NCBI RefSeq assembly: GCF_009914755.1
Contig: NC_060926.1
Reading direction: 5' to 3' (one strand)
Origin: the human T2T-CHM13v2.0 reference genome, Homo sapiens
DNA length: 64,000 nt
Shown here: in pieces, positions 1-13,044 of the stretch
Position numbering within the stretch: position 1 is the first letter of the stretch
How the letters are laid out: each line of letters starts with the position of its first letter
Translations under genes and position numbers: made by a program
Notes under the pieces: generated by a model
The model's database searches: none
What the model was told of the DNA's origin: nothing
The model's input: only the letters and a program-made list of their open reading frames with translations

Positions 1-469
1 TGCAGAAGAGCGGCCTAAAGCTCTGTTCTGGCATGTGGGTGGGGCCTTCCTCTTGTCTGGTTAGACTCCACCCAGGTAACTGATGCGTTGGCGGTCATCA
101 AGTCTCCCCCACCCTGAAATACGCCAATAATCCTTGTTTCCCCCTAACACTCCATTTTTATTCTCCCAAATCCAGATATTTATACAGTAATTTTAAAGTC
201 TCAGGTTCTGTAAAATTCCTTTATACTTAAAAAAATTAGAGTCTGTATATTTACTGTGATCAATGCATCTTTATTCCATCCATGAATAGCTGACCTAGAA
301 AAGTTTTAAAAATCTTCACTTTTGGCTCATAGGACCACATTGCGGAACTTGAGAACTTACGCTACATATTCGACACATCATTAATTTTCTTTTGAAGTAG
401 AGGTGGTGCTACTGGGTTGCCTTCAAGAGAAAAATTTGCATAAAGACTACGGGTGTTTATGAAAAGGTT

Positions 470-615
470 GAGTTCTACTTTCTGCTCTCTGTCAAAGTAA
501 TTGTGTGAGCTTGGGCAAGCTGTGTGGTTGGACTCTCAAGGCCTTAATTTTCTCACATGTAAAATGAGAAACTGGTGTTTCATTTGAGGTCCAATTTGAG
601 TTTTTGAGCTCTATA
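470..615 (+). mobile_element. MIR/MIR3 SINE remnant
   Basis: Core 'tgtgtgagcttgggcaagctg...ccttaattttctcacatgtaaaatgag' resembles the MIR core; boundaries approximate. Confidence 0.6.
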
Positions 616-1226
616 CAGGATATCATGTGAGACCACAAAGAACATCCGAGTATCAGTTAATGAGAGTGGAAACACCAGTGATTAAATGATTCACCTAGAA
701 AGCTATAAGGAAGGTCTGGGGGATCACAGCTATCTCTTAAAACAGCCCCGTACCCCTGCTGAGGGGCACACCAAGGCTGTGTCTGTCGGAGCAGAATGCT
801 CAACCCTCCTTCCCCTCCGGCTCCCAGACAGCACTTGAGGATTAAACGTGGAAGTTCCCGTGAGGAGGCTGGCTCAGAGCAGGCACCCACACATGCCACT
901 GCCACCTCCCAGCCCTGCTTTCACACAGACCACGGTGGCGGGGCCCTCTGAGGACTGGATGTTCATGATGGCATTGCACATAGCACTATCCTTTGTGTCC
1001 AGGTGACAGGTTCAGGAGAGTCAGCTTCCCGACAGGGCGGTAGGTGGCAGGTAGTTATATTGTTTAGTAGCTAAGGAATAGTTAGGTGTATGTTGGCTTT
1101 AAGAAAAATAAACACAGGAGCAGTTGGGTCCCTTCTGTTTTGCTTTTCTGGCTGGCTGCTTCCTGCTTCATAAATCTGGGGAGGGAGGCGAAGGAGGCAG
1201 TGAGCTGCTTCCCTGAGCCCCAAGCC

Positions 1227-1268
1227 TGTGTGTGTGTGCATTTGTGTGCATGTGTGTGTGTGTGTGTT
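1227..1268. repeat. Imperfect (TG)n microsatellite
   Basis: tgtgtgtgtgtgcatttgtgtgcatgtgtgtgtgtgtgtgt. Confidence 0.9.
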
Positions 1269-2329
1269 GGGGGGAGTCAGCCGCAGCACCTCTCTGGACC
1301 AGCTGCTGCGTCCATCTGCAGCTGGGGCCGGCTCAGTGGTCTATGGCCGCAGTGCTGCACTGGAGGGGCTTTTTTGCTGCTCCGTGGCAGCTGGTGTGAA
1401 TGGGAGTGGAAAAATAAACTCTCCTCTTCCCCAACATCAGGAAAAATGCTCCCAAAGACAATCTCAACTCTTCCATCCTGGGTTACGATTCTCGGGCCTA
1501 TGATGTGAGCCCCTGTGGCTGGGACTTTCAGTCTTGAAGACCTGCCTTTTTCATCTAAGAGCGGATTGAATCCCCCAGGATATATCTTAAGATTGGCATT
1601 CCGGCTCCCAGCTTCCAGAGGATTTAGGAGTCCCTTGAGAAAGGTTGGTCTTGAATTAAGAGGAAAAACACCTTCATTTTCATTTACTTTGGATTTTAAT
1701 TTCAGAAACATTCTTTGAAATGACTGATCACAAACAGCTATTGCATTAGCCATTGATTGCACTGCGTTTTACTGGCCCAGCTTGGCCACCCAGAGGCCTG
1801 GAAATGGTCCGCGAGTCTGTGCAGCCACTACTAAGTCCGAAGTCAGGCCCAGCACACAGCAGGCCCCACTGAACCATGTGGAAACACCTCTTTGTGAAAA
1901 TGGCTTTACTCCCCTCTGGAATTCCGATGGTCCAGTTCAACAGCACAGAGACCTTGATAGGAGCTTAACTAAAGAGCCAGATCAGACATTGCCATTTCCT
2001 TTCATGGTGCATAATTTTTATAGATACAAATAAGTGCCAAGCACTCTCTTTAGTCTTTGGTTTAGAGAAATCCCAAACCCTGAAGGGGTTCAGAGCTCAG
2101 AGAGGAAACAGAACTGTATGCAATAGTGCTAGGGTCTTAGAATAATATCGGTAGGGGGCCTTGTGGAATACAAAGGAGGTCGCCAGGCCAGCCAGTAAGG
2201 AAGGGCATGGGGAAAGGATGAGGCATTTCACAATGGGAATGTTGGAATACGATCAAAATTGCCAATTCATTATCACACAGATTAAATGCTCCTGTCTCCA
2301 GGAGGCCTTTTCTGATGAGCTTAAAGTGA

Positions 2330-2696
<367 letters not shown>

Positions 2697-2791
2697 TTTT
2701 TTTTTTTTTTAATGGAAAATTAATTTCTGTCCTTTAGATATCTTGAGGGGAAAGACAGTATGTGACATATTGTGTATCCCTACTTTATATC

Positions 2792-3363
2792 TGATATGGT
2801 TTGGCTCGGTGTCCCCAACCAAATCTCATCTGGAATTGTAATCCCCACATGACAAGGGCACGACCTTGATATGGCTTGGCTGTGTTCCCACCCAAATCTC
2901 AAATTGTAGCTCCCACAATTCCCATGTGTTTTGGGAGGGACCCAGTGGGAGGTACTTGAATCATGGGGGTGGGTCTTTTCCATGCTGTTCTCATGATAGT
3001 GAATAAGTCTTGCGAGATCTGATGGTTTTATAAAGGGGAGTTCCCCTGCACATGCTCTCTCCCTTGCCTGCTGCCACGTAGGATGTGAATTTGCTTCTCT
3101 TTTGCCTTCCACCATGATTGTCAGGCCTCCCTAGCCACGTGGAACTGTGAGTCCATTAAACCTCTTTTTCTTTATTAATTACCTAGTTTCAGGTATGTCT
3201 TTATTAACAACATGTGAACAGATTAAGACAGACCTGGTGGCAGGGGATTGGATCATGGGAGTGGATTTCCCCCATGCTGTTCTCCTGATAGTGAGTTCTC
3301 ACTAGATCTGATTGTTGAAAAGTGTAGCACTTCCCCCTGCTCTCTCTCTCCTGCCACCCTGTG
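2792..3363 (+). mobile_element. MST(A)-like MaLR LTR, split by a THE1 insertion (pieces 2792-2866 and 3231-3363)
   Basis: Starts TGATATGGTTTGGCT; resumes 'gacctggtgg...gattggatcatgg...cccccatgctgttctc' after the THE1. Confidence 0.8.
2867..3230 (+). mobile_element. THE1C/D solo LTR (MaLR)
   Basis: TG...CA termini; 'tgtagctcccacaattcccatgtg', 'ggaactgtgagtccattaaacctc'; 5-bp TSD GACCT at 2862-2866 and 3231-3235. Confidence 0.92.
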
Positions 3364-3836
3364 GCACCTCTTTCTTTGTCTGAATGAACAACTGGGCAGG
3401 AATCTACTTCACTTGAATGCATGTTAAGACCTGTGTGGCTTTGAGCTCCATTTGGCCCCTAACCTTGAAAGGATCTTGACAGGTCCAAGATGGAGGCTGA
3501 ATCTGTTGTCTGCAAAACACCCTTGAGGCTGCTGCCCAGCCTGATGCAGTCAGTGTCTGCAAACATCCTTTATCCTCATCCTGTCAAGTAGGGATGGTGA
3601 GAGCCGATAGAGAGAGAGCAGCTGATAGGTTTAAAGAAAGCAAGGCCTGTCCTGGCTAAAGGAAGCAAACACTGAGGAAGCCTGGATTTACAGGATAAAG
3701 TATCAGATTAGAAGAGTCATAGATCATGGACTTTCTTATTCTACTACCATGGATATATGGCTTAGTTTCTCCAAACTTGGTTTCTTCATCTTTAATGGGC
3801 ATTTTTGAACCATATTTTAATAATGTGGAAAAGAAT

Positions 3837-3839
<3 letters not shown>

Positions 3840-3881
<42 letters not shown>
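3840..3881. repeat. (CA)n microsatellite
   Basis: Near-perfect CA run. Confidence 0.95.
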
Positions 3882-3882
<1 letters not shown>

Positions 3883-3896
3883 GTATATACATAATA

Positions 3897-4132
3897 CAGA
3901 TTAAGCATGTCTAATCTGAAAATCTGAAATCCACAAAGCTCCAAAATCTGGAACATTTGGCACTGCCATGATGCTTAAGGAAAATTCTCATTGGAGCACT
4001 TCAAATTTTGAATTTTTGCATTAGGGAATGTTCAACTGGTATGTATGTCTGCAAATATTTCAAAATCGAAAAAATCTCAATATCTGAAACACTTCTGGTC
4101 CTAAGCATTTCAAATAAAGGATATTTAATCTG
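3897..4132 (+). mobile_element. Tigger4a (MER46A-type) non-autonomous Tc1/mariner DNA transposon
   Basis: CAG...CTG ends flanked by TA; 'ctaatctgaaaatctgaaatcc...gctccaaaatc', 'ctcattggagca', 'gaaacacttctggtcctaagcattt'. Confidence 0.85.
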
Positions 4133-4849
4133 TATATAAAAATAGAAGACTGGATTGTGACTCATGTAAAGACTCATGATTTCTTTATAGAAAGAGAGAG
4201 ACCTATTATTGCAGAGAGGGATCCATGATTTCTTTCTTTAAAATCATAGTAACAAGTGTGCATGGTTTGAAAAAACTCAAAAGAGTAATAGAAGGCTTAG
4301 GAAAAAAAATACTAGAGGCTCTTGTCATAGCTCTCTTAGGTCCCAGAGACAACTAATTCAAACCCTTTTAGCAATCTGGTATAAAACATCCGATTTCTAA
4401 ACAATATGATTATTCCTTTTTTTTTAAATTAAGACTTCTCTATTGACTTCTACTATGGAAGATGAGAATTTAAAGGTCAAACCACACGCTCTTCATGTAT
4501 ATTTTTCATTTAAAGAATGATTTTTTCTTGTGTACCCAGCAATGATTCTTTTTGAAATGAATTTTAGAATCCCATTCAATGTAGTCAACTCCATAGAAAA
4601 TATATTGATCTCATTGCTGTATTTTGAGACACCGTTCTGAGACCTTCCATCTGCTGGAACACGGACAGCTCCTCACTGGGTCTGTGGCATTGGTGTCAAC
4701 TGGGACTTTACCAATATCCTGTAAAATTATTTTACGTCACAAATATTTTGGTATTCCTGTTTTCTAAATGTAATGACTTCCTCTTTTGTTTGGAGTCTCC
4801 TCCTTCAGCCGTTGGAGCAAATCTTTTGGTCTCTTATTGAGAACTTTGG

Positions 4850-6500
4850 CAGAGGTGGTAAATCTAGTGACACATTGCATGAAAAACATAAACTTACTTG
4901 GGGCTAATATTTTGGTTTGCTTGGATATATAATTCTAGATCAGAAATGGCTTCAATCTCAGAATGTTAGATTCTGCAGATATTGCTGCATTGTATTGTAG
5001 TAATCATTTTTAGGTTCGATAAATTTGGTTCCTATCTGAGTCTTGTTCCTTTGGAGACACTTGCTTCTCCTCTGAAAGCTTTTAGTCTCTTATCTTAACT
5101 TCTAATATTCTGAAATTTTGCTGTAATGTTTCTTGCTCTGGATTTTTTTTTCTTTCTTTTCTTTCATTTATTGAGTAAAGCACTTTCTGGAATTATTATT
5201 TTTGAGGTCTTTAATTTTTTTCAAGTAACCTTTTTATTATCTTACCTTTTCCTGTTTTCCCTCTTCTACAGTTTTAATAGTTTTATAGTGTTCAAATTTC
5301 CAGGAGATTTTTTTTCAGACTTAGCTTTCAGCCCTTTTCTTGAGTTTTAAATTTTGTCTATTATGGTTTTAATTTCCATAATTAAAAACTCTATTTTAAT
5401 ATATAGCTCTATGATTCTTTTATTATTCACTTTAATCATTCTTATTTTGTGGCTGCAAAAATTATCACAGACTGGCCTAAAACAAAGAAATTTATTGTCT
5501 CGCAGTCCTGAAGGCCAATATTCTGAAATCATATTGCTGTATGGAAATCCAGGTGTTGTCAGGGCTGTCTCAAGAGCTCCAAGGGAGGATCTGTCCTTGC
5601 TTCTTTCAGTTTCTGTTTGCTGACAGCATTCTTTGGCTTGTGGCTACATCACACCAATCTCTGCCTCTATGGTCACATGGCCACTTTCTCTCTGTATGTC
5701 AAATCTTCCTCTACCTCCCTCTTACAAACATACAAGTGACTGCATTTAGGGCTCATCTGGATAATCCAGGAAAACTGCCTCATCTCAAGATTCTTAACTT
5801 AATTACATCTTCAAAAATCTTTTTTTTTTTTTTCAAAAAATTAACATTTCCATGTTTTAGGAATTAGGACCCAGATACCATTCAACGGCTATTATTCAGC
5901 CCATCACAGTTATTCAATAGAAAATAAAAATACTTTGCTTCTGAGAGATTTTCTTAGATCATTTATTTAATAATTCTCTTTAATTTACTTTGTTTGCACT
6001 TTCTGGAATTCTTAATTTTGAGATCTTTGATTTTTTTCATACTAATTTTTTTATTTTGTTACCTTTTATTTCTCATCTTCTATAGTTTTTGAATTTCCAG
6101 GAGGGTTTCTCAAACTTAGCTTCCAGCCCTTTCCTTGTGTTTTAAATTTTATCTATTATAGTTTTAATTTCTATAAAAACTCTATTTTAATATAGAGCTC
6201 TTTGGTTCTCTTATTGTTTGATTTTCATAGCATTCTGTTCTTGTTTCATGAATACAGTATCTTATCTCCTTGGGGATATTAAATCTATTTTTAAAAGTTG
6301 TTTTTCTACTTATTGTATTGCCTCCATTTTCTTTTTCTCTGCTCTTACATTTTGATTTGTCTTTCATGTTGGAGGCTTTCCTCAAATGGCTAGTGCTGCT
6401 TGGTTTTCTGCTTAAAAACTCAAATACTAAAAAGCTGATTGGAAGGTCTATGTGTATGTGTGGCTTATTAATTGGCAAGCTTCACTTAGAGTCATGTTGC
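4850..6500 (-). mobile_element. Ancient L1M (5'/ORF1 region) remnant, interrupted by MLT1
   Basis: T-rich degenerate sequence resembling antisense L1M ORF1; boundaries approximate. Confidence 0.5.
5430..5908 (-). mobile_element. MLT1C/D-like MaLR LTR
   Basis: 'aaacaaagaaatttattgtctcgcagtcctgaaggcca', 'ggataatccagga...ctcatctcaagattcttaacttaattacatct', ends 'attattcagcccatcaca'. Confidence 0.85.
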
Positions 6501-6959
6501 TTGGGATAGACAGGATGGTGCCCTAGGACTGTATCTTACATGTTGGGCTCTTCCATTCTCCAGAACAATTCTCTCATCGCCTGCCTGGGGTGTGCTGAGA
6601 CCCAAGGAAAGAAGGAGGTTGGGAAGACTTCCTCTTTGTTATGATGACTTATTTATTTCCTGTGTCTTCAGCCTCATACTTTATCTTTTCTCTCTTCTTT
6701 ACCAGCTACCTCTAAATCTAGAGACTCTGGTTCAATTTCTCCATCTTGTCAACACCTGGTATCCCGCCTGGACAGAGGAGTGTTGTTTCACTACTCAGGG
6801 TGGAGCACTTGGGCTGGAGTGCATGCTCTGTCTGGGAGTCTAATTAGCCTTTCTTTTTTTATTTTCTCTTGTGACTACTGCTTTCAGAAGTAAGTGGGGG
6901 TTCCAATTTCTAAGATTTTCTATGGCCTTAATAAACAATTGAATTTAACATACAACCAT

Positions 6960-7215
6960 TTTTATTTATTTATTTTTGGATAAACAACAGACACTGAGCA
7001 CAGTCCATGTGTCAGCTACGCTGGGCATAATCTGGGGAATGGGATTGTTTGGTGAGGTGAAGTATCAGTAGAGGAGCATGCAAGAGATAATCAAGAATTA
7101 ATTGAGAACAGTCAGGACAAAACCAATCAGAAAAGTCCCTATGTGCTGTACCTTAGAGGTTGAATTCATTTTGTGGGCAATGGGGTTCCCATGAAAGGTT
7201 TGAAACAGAGAAGTG
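6960..7215 (-). mobile_element. L2 remnant
   Basis: 'actgagcacagtccatgtgtcag...', 'gggcaatgggg...aaggtttgaaacagagaagtg' are antisense L2 motifs. Confidence 0.5.
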
Positions 7216-7892
7216 TAAGTGTCTGGCAAAAAGCTCAAAGAGAGCTTGCACACAACATTTCTCCATCTTCTTTCATTGTCATTGCTTTTCCTCTTTGTGC
7301 CCCCATTCTTCTTCCCGTTTCTTCCTTTATAATCTTCCTCAGAATAAACACTTTCATGTATAAATCTCTCAATGGATTTCTTTTCTTCGATTTTGAAGTA
7401 TTGTATAATCATCTTTTCACCAATTTAGGTACTCTTGTTTTATGCAATTTTTTTTTAGTAACAGGCACAAAGAGTTTGATTGTTTGAAGCCGTTTTTTAA
7501 TTATTGAAATGAACAGTTTACACCAATCAAAAGAAGTCAGTGCTTGGAATAGCTGCAAATGAATAGACAGAGAGATTTGGAGCATATTCTGATAACTGAA
7601 CAGGAGGACAGCTTCAAGATTTGTGACTCAGGGTTGTCCAAGATTCCCATATTTTGAAGATTTGCAGGCGAGCCCGCAACCTGTTTAAAATAAGGCTCTC
7701 CTGTCTCAAATGCTGATCACACTTGTCCTATGAATAGACAGAGCGTATTTTATAAATGTCATCCAAGGGAAGGTCAGAGCTCCCCACCTGGTCCTTGTCT
7801 TTACCAGCTGTGAAAAGAGAAAGTTGTGAAGAAAGAGTTTCCAAAAAATTCACATCTCTTGACACATATGAAGAAAAAAAAGAAAATGAAGA

Positions 7893-8092
7893 CAAATTTA
7901 TTGAACACCTACTATGTGCAGGGCACTGAGCTGGGCACTTTCCCATGCATTTATCTTATATCATGCAATCATGCCAAGAGGCAGGTGGCTGTAATCCCAT
8001 CTTCAAATGACAAAACGGAGAGTCAGAGATAGACAGGTCCATAACACAAAGCTGGAATGGGGAAGAGCAGAGTCTGCGCCCAGGGCTGTCTT
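7893..8092 (-). mobile_element. MIR SINE
   Basis: 'atttattgaacacctactatgtgcagggcactgagctgggcacttt...atcccatcttcaaatgacaaaacggag'. Confidence 0.75.
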
Positions 8093-9465
8093 TGTTCCCC
8101 AGCTGCATTTTCAGGTTCCAATAGAGTCTGAATCCATCCTATGGCTCCTTCTCATCCTACACTGCAGAGGGAAAAAGAACTCCAAAATGCTACTGCATAT
8201 TCAGAGGGAAAGCATGTCTCCTTAGTGCCTACTCGTCAGCAGTGACAGTCTGTCTTCCCCTAGCTTGGTGCAGAGGGTCAATTTAAATCCTCTGAAGTGC
8301 CAAGAGCCCCATCTGCTCCTCCATCTGAAATGGGAATATTTTGCTCTTTTTTTTTTTTTTTTTAAATCTTGATTTGGTCTTTTGCTGTTTGTGTTGCAGC
8401 CTTCAGCCCAGATGCCAATAAGGAGGAAAATGTATTAAGTGATAAGGGGCAAATCAATGAAATTAAAATGAATGAGGGGGGAGAATCTGATATGGGGGCA
8501 AAAAATGAAGTCTCCCTGTAACAGCTAGTCCAGGCGTACCAGGGAATGCGAGCAGGTTCCTATGCGATTCCAGCAGACACTGACTAGAACCACACGTCTG
8601 GGGTAGAGGAGTCAAGACAGCCCAGGTAGATGTGCCAGAAACACCTTGAAGAGACTCTGCCTGAAGACACAGCCCGCTCTGTGGTACAGCTGCTGTTTAT
8701 TAGGGATGCTCATATTTTATGGATGCGAGCCTGAGAGGGGAGTGCTGTGGTATGTTGGAATCGCAGTTTATCGGTTTTACATCCATGTGCAAAGCTACGA
8801 CTCTCCACTGTAAGAATGTGAGCACAAAGTTTCAGAGAATGGCAGAATTACAGAGCTCTGGGCTAGCATGGGGGGAGTGTGTGGGATCAGGGACTCATGG
8901 AGCACTCACTAGGAATCGCAGGAACACGGGAATCAGCCTTGCCGTGAGAACCAGCCTTGCTGTGTGCTGCTAGCTGACTTCCAAAATCCCCCTGGGCCTG
9001 TTTCTTCAACCAAAAAATGGAGCTGAAGATGTATGTCACAGCAAGCCGATGTAAGAAGCAAAGAAAATGACTGTGTTTAACATATTGCCTGAAGATAACA
9101 ATGTTTTATTAATGATTTTCTCCTAATCAAAAGCTCTTATTTTATAGTCGTGAAAGGAGAGACCTACAGAAGTAAAATTATTATTTTCCTTTTAAACAGT
9201 GCAATATTAGTTTATCTTTTTGCATTAATCAATGCTTTCTCAGATGAGCAGTCACCCTTGATCCTCACAGTGACTGTGAAGGAGCCCAGCAGGCCGAGGC
9301 ACCCTCATTCTGTAGCTGAGATGCAGATGTGGGGTGCTGGAGCTTGAAAGCTCCGTGGGCTGGGGATCAGGGCGGCTTGCCCTGTGCTTGGCAAACTGCC
9401 CCCCGACGGTCTCCATGCTGCCAGGGAGTCTTCAAGGCTGCTTTGGGGGAAAGTAGGGACCCTCA

Positions 9466-9620
9466 TCTTATATTTTATTATTATAAAATTATTATAAAAA
9501 TACAAAAATATATAATATATAATAATATATATTATTATATATGATATATTAGAATACTATATAATATATTATATAATAAATATATAAAATATAAAAGTAT
9601 TATAAATAATTTTATAATTA
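9466..9620. repeat. AT-rich low-complexity tract
   Basis: Almost exclusively A/T with TATA/TAA motifs. Confidence 0.85.
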
Positions 9621-11869
9621 GACTTCTATGCAGGACTGTGTTTTGTATATGCAAAACAGATTCAACAGATTTCTTTAAAAGTTTAAAAACTCTTGAGTTA
9701 TACTGATTTCTTGACTTGATGCACACAGAACAATGACTCAACTTGGAGAGGTGAAGACATCTCCCAGGTCACCCAGCTGCAGACAGTGCTCTGCCCCTCC
9801 CAGCAGGACTGTCACTCCTGCCACCAAACGACGACTCTTCCTTTTTAGGTATTAGTGGCATGTAATTGATGGATTCCTTATCAGGGTCAAAATGAAAGCT
9901 GAACCTTATATACATACAGGTGAGAAAATATTTTTGGAACCCCAAAATAGTCATTTTGGAAGTATTTCCATGACTACCTGGAAAACAGGTCGTTTCAAAG
10001 ATTACCTTAAAAAAAAATCTATACGATAAGAAGTTGAAATATTGCAGAAACTTCAAATCCTGCCTTATTTAAAAGTTAAGGTGAATTAAAATAGTAGTGA
10101 TAGAATTGTTTCCTAAGATACAGGGCAAATGGGAAATAGGCGTAGATGCCAAATGTTTCCTGTTTGAATTTCTAGGGCGTTAAAGGAATCAGGGAGCTAT
10201 GTTGTTGAACGTGTCTGCAATGTCAGGTGAACTCTGGTGAGCCTGGAGCAAACAGGATTCTTTTTCACAATGCAGGGCAGACAGAAGAGTGAGGCCATTT
10301 CTCATTTCTCACTCCCCGCACCCCATGGTGACAGGACCTCAGCAGTTCCATCTGCAGGTGCCAGCTTCATTGTGGACAGACTCTGCTCTAAGGATGCCTG
10401 GTCTCAGTGTCCTGTGTTTCGACGGAGGTGCCCAGGGACAGCTCTGACTTCTCAGAGTCCTGGGTGGAGAGGGCCACCTGTTGTTTAGTCTTTTCTGGCA
10501 GGGCAGACCCATGACCAGGCTGCTTTGTGCCAAGCCAGGGGGGTCTTTGATTTCTTTGTTTCTCAACCAAGCAGACATTTTCTTTCCTTTTATTTATTTC
10601 TTCCTATCCCTGGCCTCTCATTTGATTTTTTGCTTGTTCAGCACAGCAGTACTTATTCCCTGCAAAATGAATTGATTTCTCCTTCCAGATGTTGGAAATA
10701 TGAAAGTAATCTTGGCCCTACAGAGAATTGTCTTTGAGAAATCACCCACTTTGTCCTCAACAGCAGGTGTCACTGTTGTAGCAGAAAACCCTGCTGCTTC
10801 CAGGGCCCGGGCCAGCCCAGAGATATTTTTACCCAAAAGAGAAAAGGCCCAACATGAGATTCAAACTTGGCAAAAGAAATTCCAAAATGAATGTGAAACC
10901 TCATAAAAGGCTGTAAATTATCAGCGTGTCTTTAAACGCTGAGCCCAGGACTTTCAGCACCCATCCCTTGGGAAGAGAGACCGTGGGACTGGTCCCAATC
11001 TGCAATCACTCATGATCTCATCCATCCTGCAGCCCCAGGGCTGCTGTCCTGGCCTCACAAGGATGTAGAGGAGCAGTGACCGAATCCCCTCCTTGTCTCC
11101 TGGACCACAAGCCTCAGGGGAACACAGGGAATTTTGCTGTGCACGTGCTGGTGTCTGGCGCTCCAGGATTAGCTCTCCTGAGGACACTTTCAGCAAGAAG
11201 CTTGTATGCTGGAGCTCACAGGATTACGTGGTTTGCCCAAGGACACTCAGGTCATGAGTGGTGGAGCTAGAAGGAAAGCCATCTTTTGCTAGGCCCCACT
11301 GTTTCTTCTATGTATGTGGTATAGCTTGGACCACAGGGATAATGTGGTGGATGTAAACATGACTTCTCCCAGTTCTCTATGCAGAATACAGCATTGTTAA
11401 GTGAACCCAATTTAGATTCCCTTGTGGCCAGGGCATTTGGTGTGGCTGGGCCAACACCACTGGGAAAGGTGGTAATGGTTTCGAGATTCAAAACTATATT
11501 TCAAAATGTGCTTTGTTCTTTGCAAACATGGTCATTCACTTAAAGTTCAAACATCATGAAATACAAATAAGAAGTCAGAATTTGTATACCTTTAGGTACA
11601 CAGGAAAACTGCTATGTCAGTAAATTGGGCCTTGACATGCTAACATACAGCTTAGCACATGGCCATAGAATTTAAGTACAGTGTGTTCACATCTGAATAG
11701 AGAAAACAAAAGAAATGAAGAAAAATTGGGAGAGCCTGGAGCTGGAGACCAGATGGGCATACAGCATGATCCATCATCTTCTCAAGCAGCGTCTCTCATC
11801 CCCAGCAAGGCCTGTACTGAGGGCTGGGTTGGGATTTGGGGTTGCTGTTTAGCAGAGTGGCTTATTCTT

Positions 11870-13044
11870 TTTTTAAATTTTTTTATTTTACTTTAAGTTC
11901 CGGGATACATATGCAGAACGTGCCGGTTTGTTACGTAGGCATACATGTGCCCTGGTGGTTTGGAACATGCCGGTTTGTTACGTAGGCATACATGTGTTAT
12001 GGTGGTTTGGAACGTGCCGGTTTGTTACGTAGGCATACATGTGCCATGGTGGTTTGGAACGTGCCGGTTTGTTACATAGGCATACATGTGCCATGGTGGT
12101 TTGGAACGTGCCGGTTTGTTACGTAGGCATACATGTGTTATGGTGGTTTGGAACGTGCCGGTTTGTTACATAGGCATACATGTGCCATGGTGGTTTGGAA
12201 CGTGCCGGTTTGTTACGTAGGCATACATGTGCCATGGTGGTTTGGAACGTGCCGGTTTGTTACATAGGCATACATGTGCCATGGTGGTTTGGAACGTGCC
12301 GGTTTGTTACGTAGGCATACATGTGCCATGGTGGTTTGGATCGTGCCGGTTTGTTACATAGGCATACATGTGCCATGGTGGTTTGGGACGTGCCGGTTTG
12401 TTACATAGGCATACATGTGCCATGGTGGTTTGGAACGTGCCGGTTTGTTACGTAGGCATACATGTGTTATGGTGGTTTACAACGTGCCGGTTTGTTACGT
12501 AGGCATACATGTGTTATGGTGGTTTACAACGTGCCGGTTTGTTACATAGGCATACATGTGCCATGGTGGTTTGGAACGTGCCGGTTTGTTACGTAGGCAT
12601 ACATGTGCCATGGTGGTTTGGAACGTGCTGGTTTGTTACATAGGCATACATGTGCCATGGTGGTTTGGAACGTGCCGGTTTGTTACATAGGCATACATGT
12701 GTTATGGTGGTTTACAACGTGCCGGTTTGTTACATAGGCATACATGTGCCATGGTGGTTTGGAACGTGCCGGTTTGTTACATAGGCATACATGTGCCATG
12801 GTGGTTTGGAACGTGCCGGTTTGTTACGTAGGCATACATGTGTTATGGTGGTTTACAACGTGCCGGTTTGTTACATAGGCATACATGTGCCATGGTGGTT
12901 TGGAACGTGCCGGTTTGTTACATAGGCATACATGTGCCATGGTGGTTTGGAACGTGCCGGTTTGTTACATAGGCATACATGTGCCATGGTGGTTTGGTGC
13001 ACCCATCAACCCGTCATGTTGGTTTTAAGCCCCACATGCATTAG
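11870..13044 (-). mobile_element. Very short 5'-truncated L1PA (L1PA8-like) 3' end, internally expanded into a minisatellite
   Basis: T-rich tail plus 'ttttactttaagttccgggatacat' on the left; 'tgcacccatcaacccgtcat...ttttaagccccacatgcattagg' on the right; TSD gtggcttattctt (11857-11869) / gtggctcattctt (13045-13057) followed by AA, fitting an L1 endonuclease site. Confidence 0.88.
11917..12997. repeat. Minisatellite/VNTR, 23 x 47 bp
   Basis: Unit aacgtgccggtttgttac(g/a)taggcatacatgtg(cc/tt)atggtggttt(gg/ac); 1081 bp = 23 x 47 with no indels. Confidence 0.98.

Noticed and set aside
1086-1762. Overlapping ORFs of 140 aa (+) and 161 aa (-)
   Set aside because: No recognisable domain; the + ORF has a non-ATG start and crosses a TG microsatellite; no supportable exon structure
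11917-12997. CRISPR-like array
   Set aside because: Head-to-tail units with no unique spacers, no cas genes, primate context; the unit derives from an L1 3'UTR
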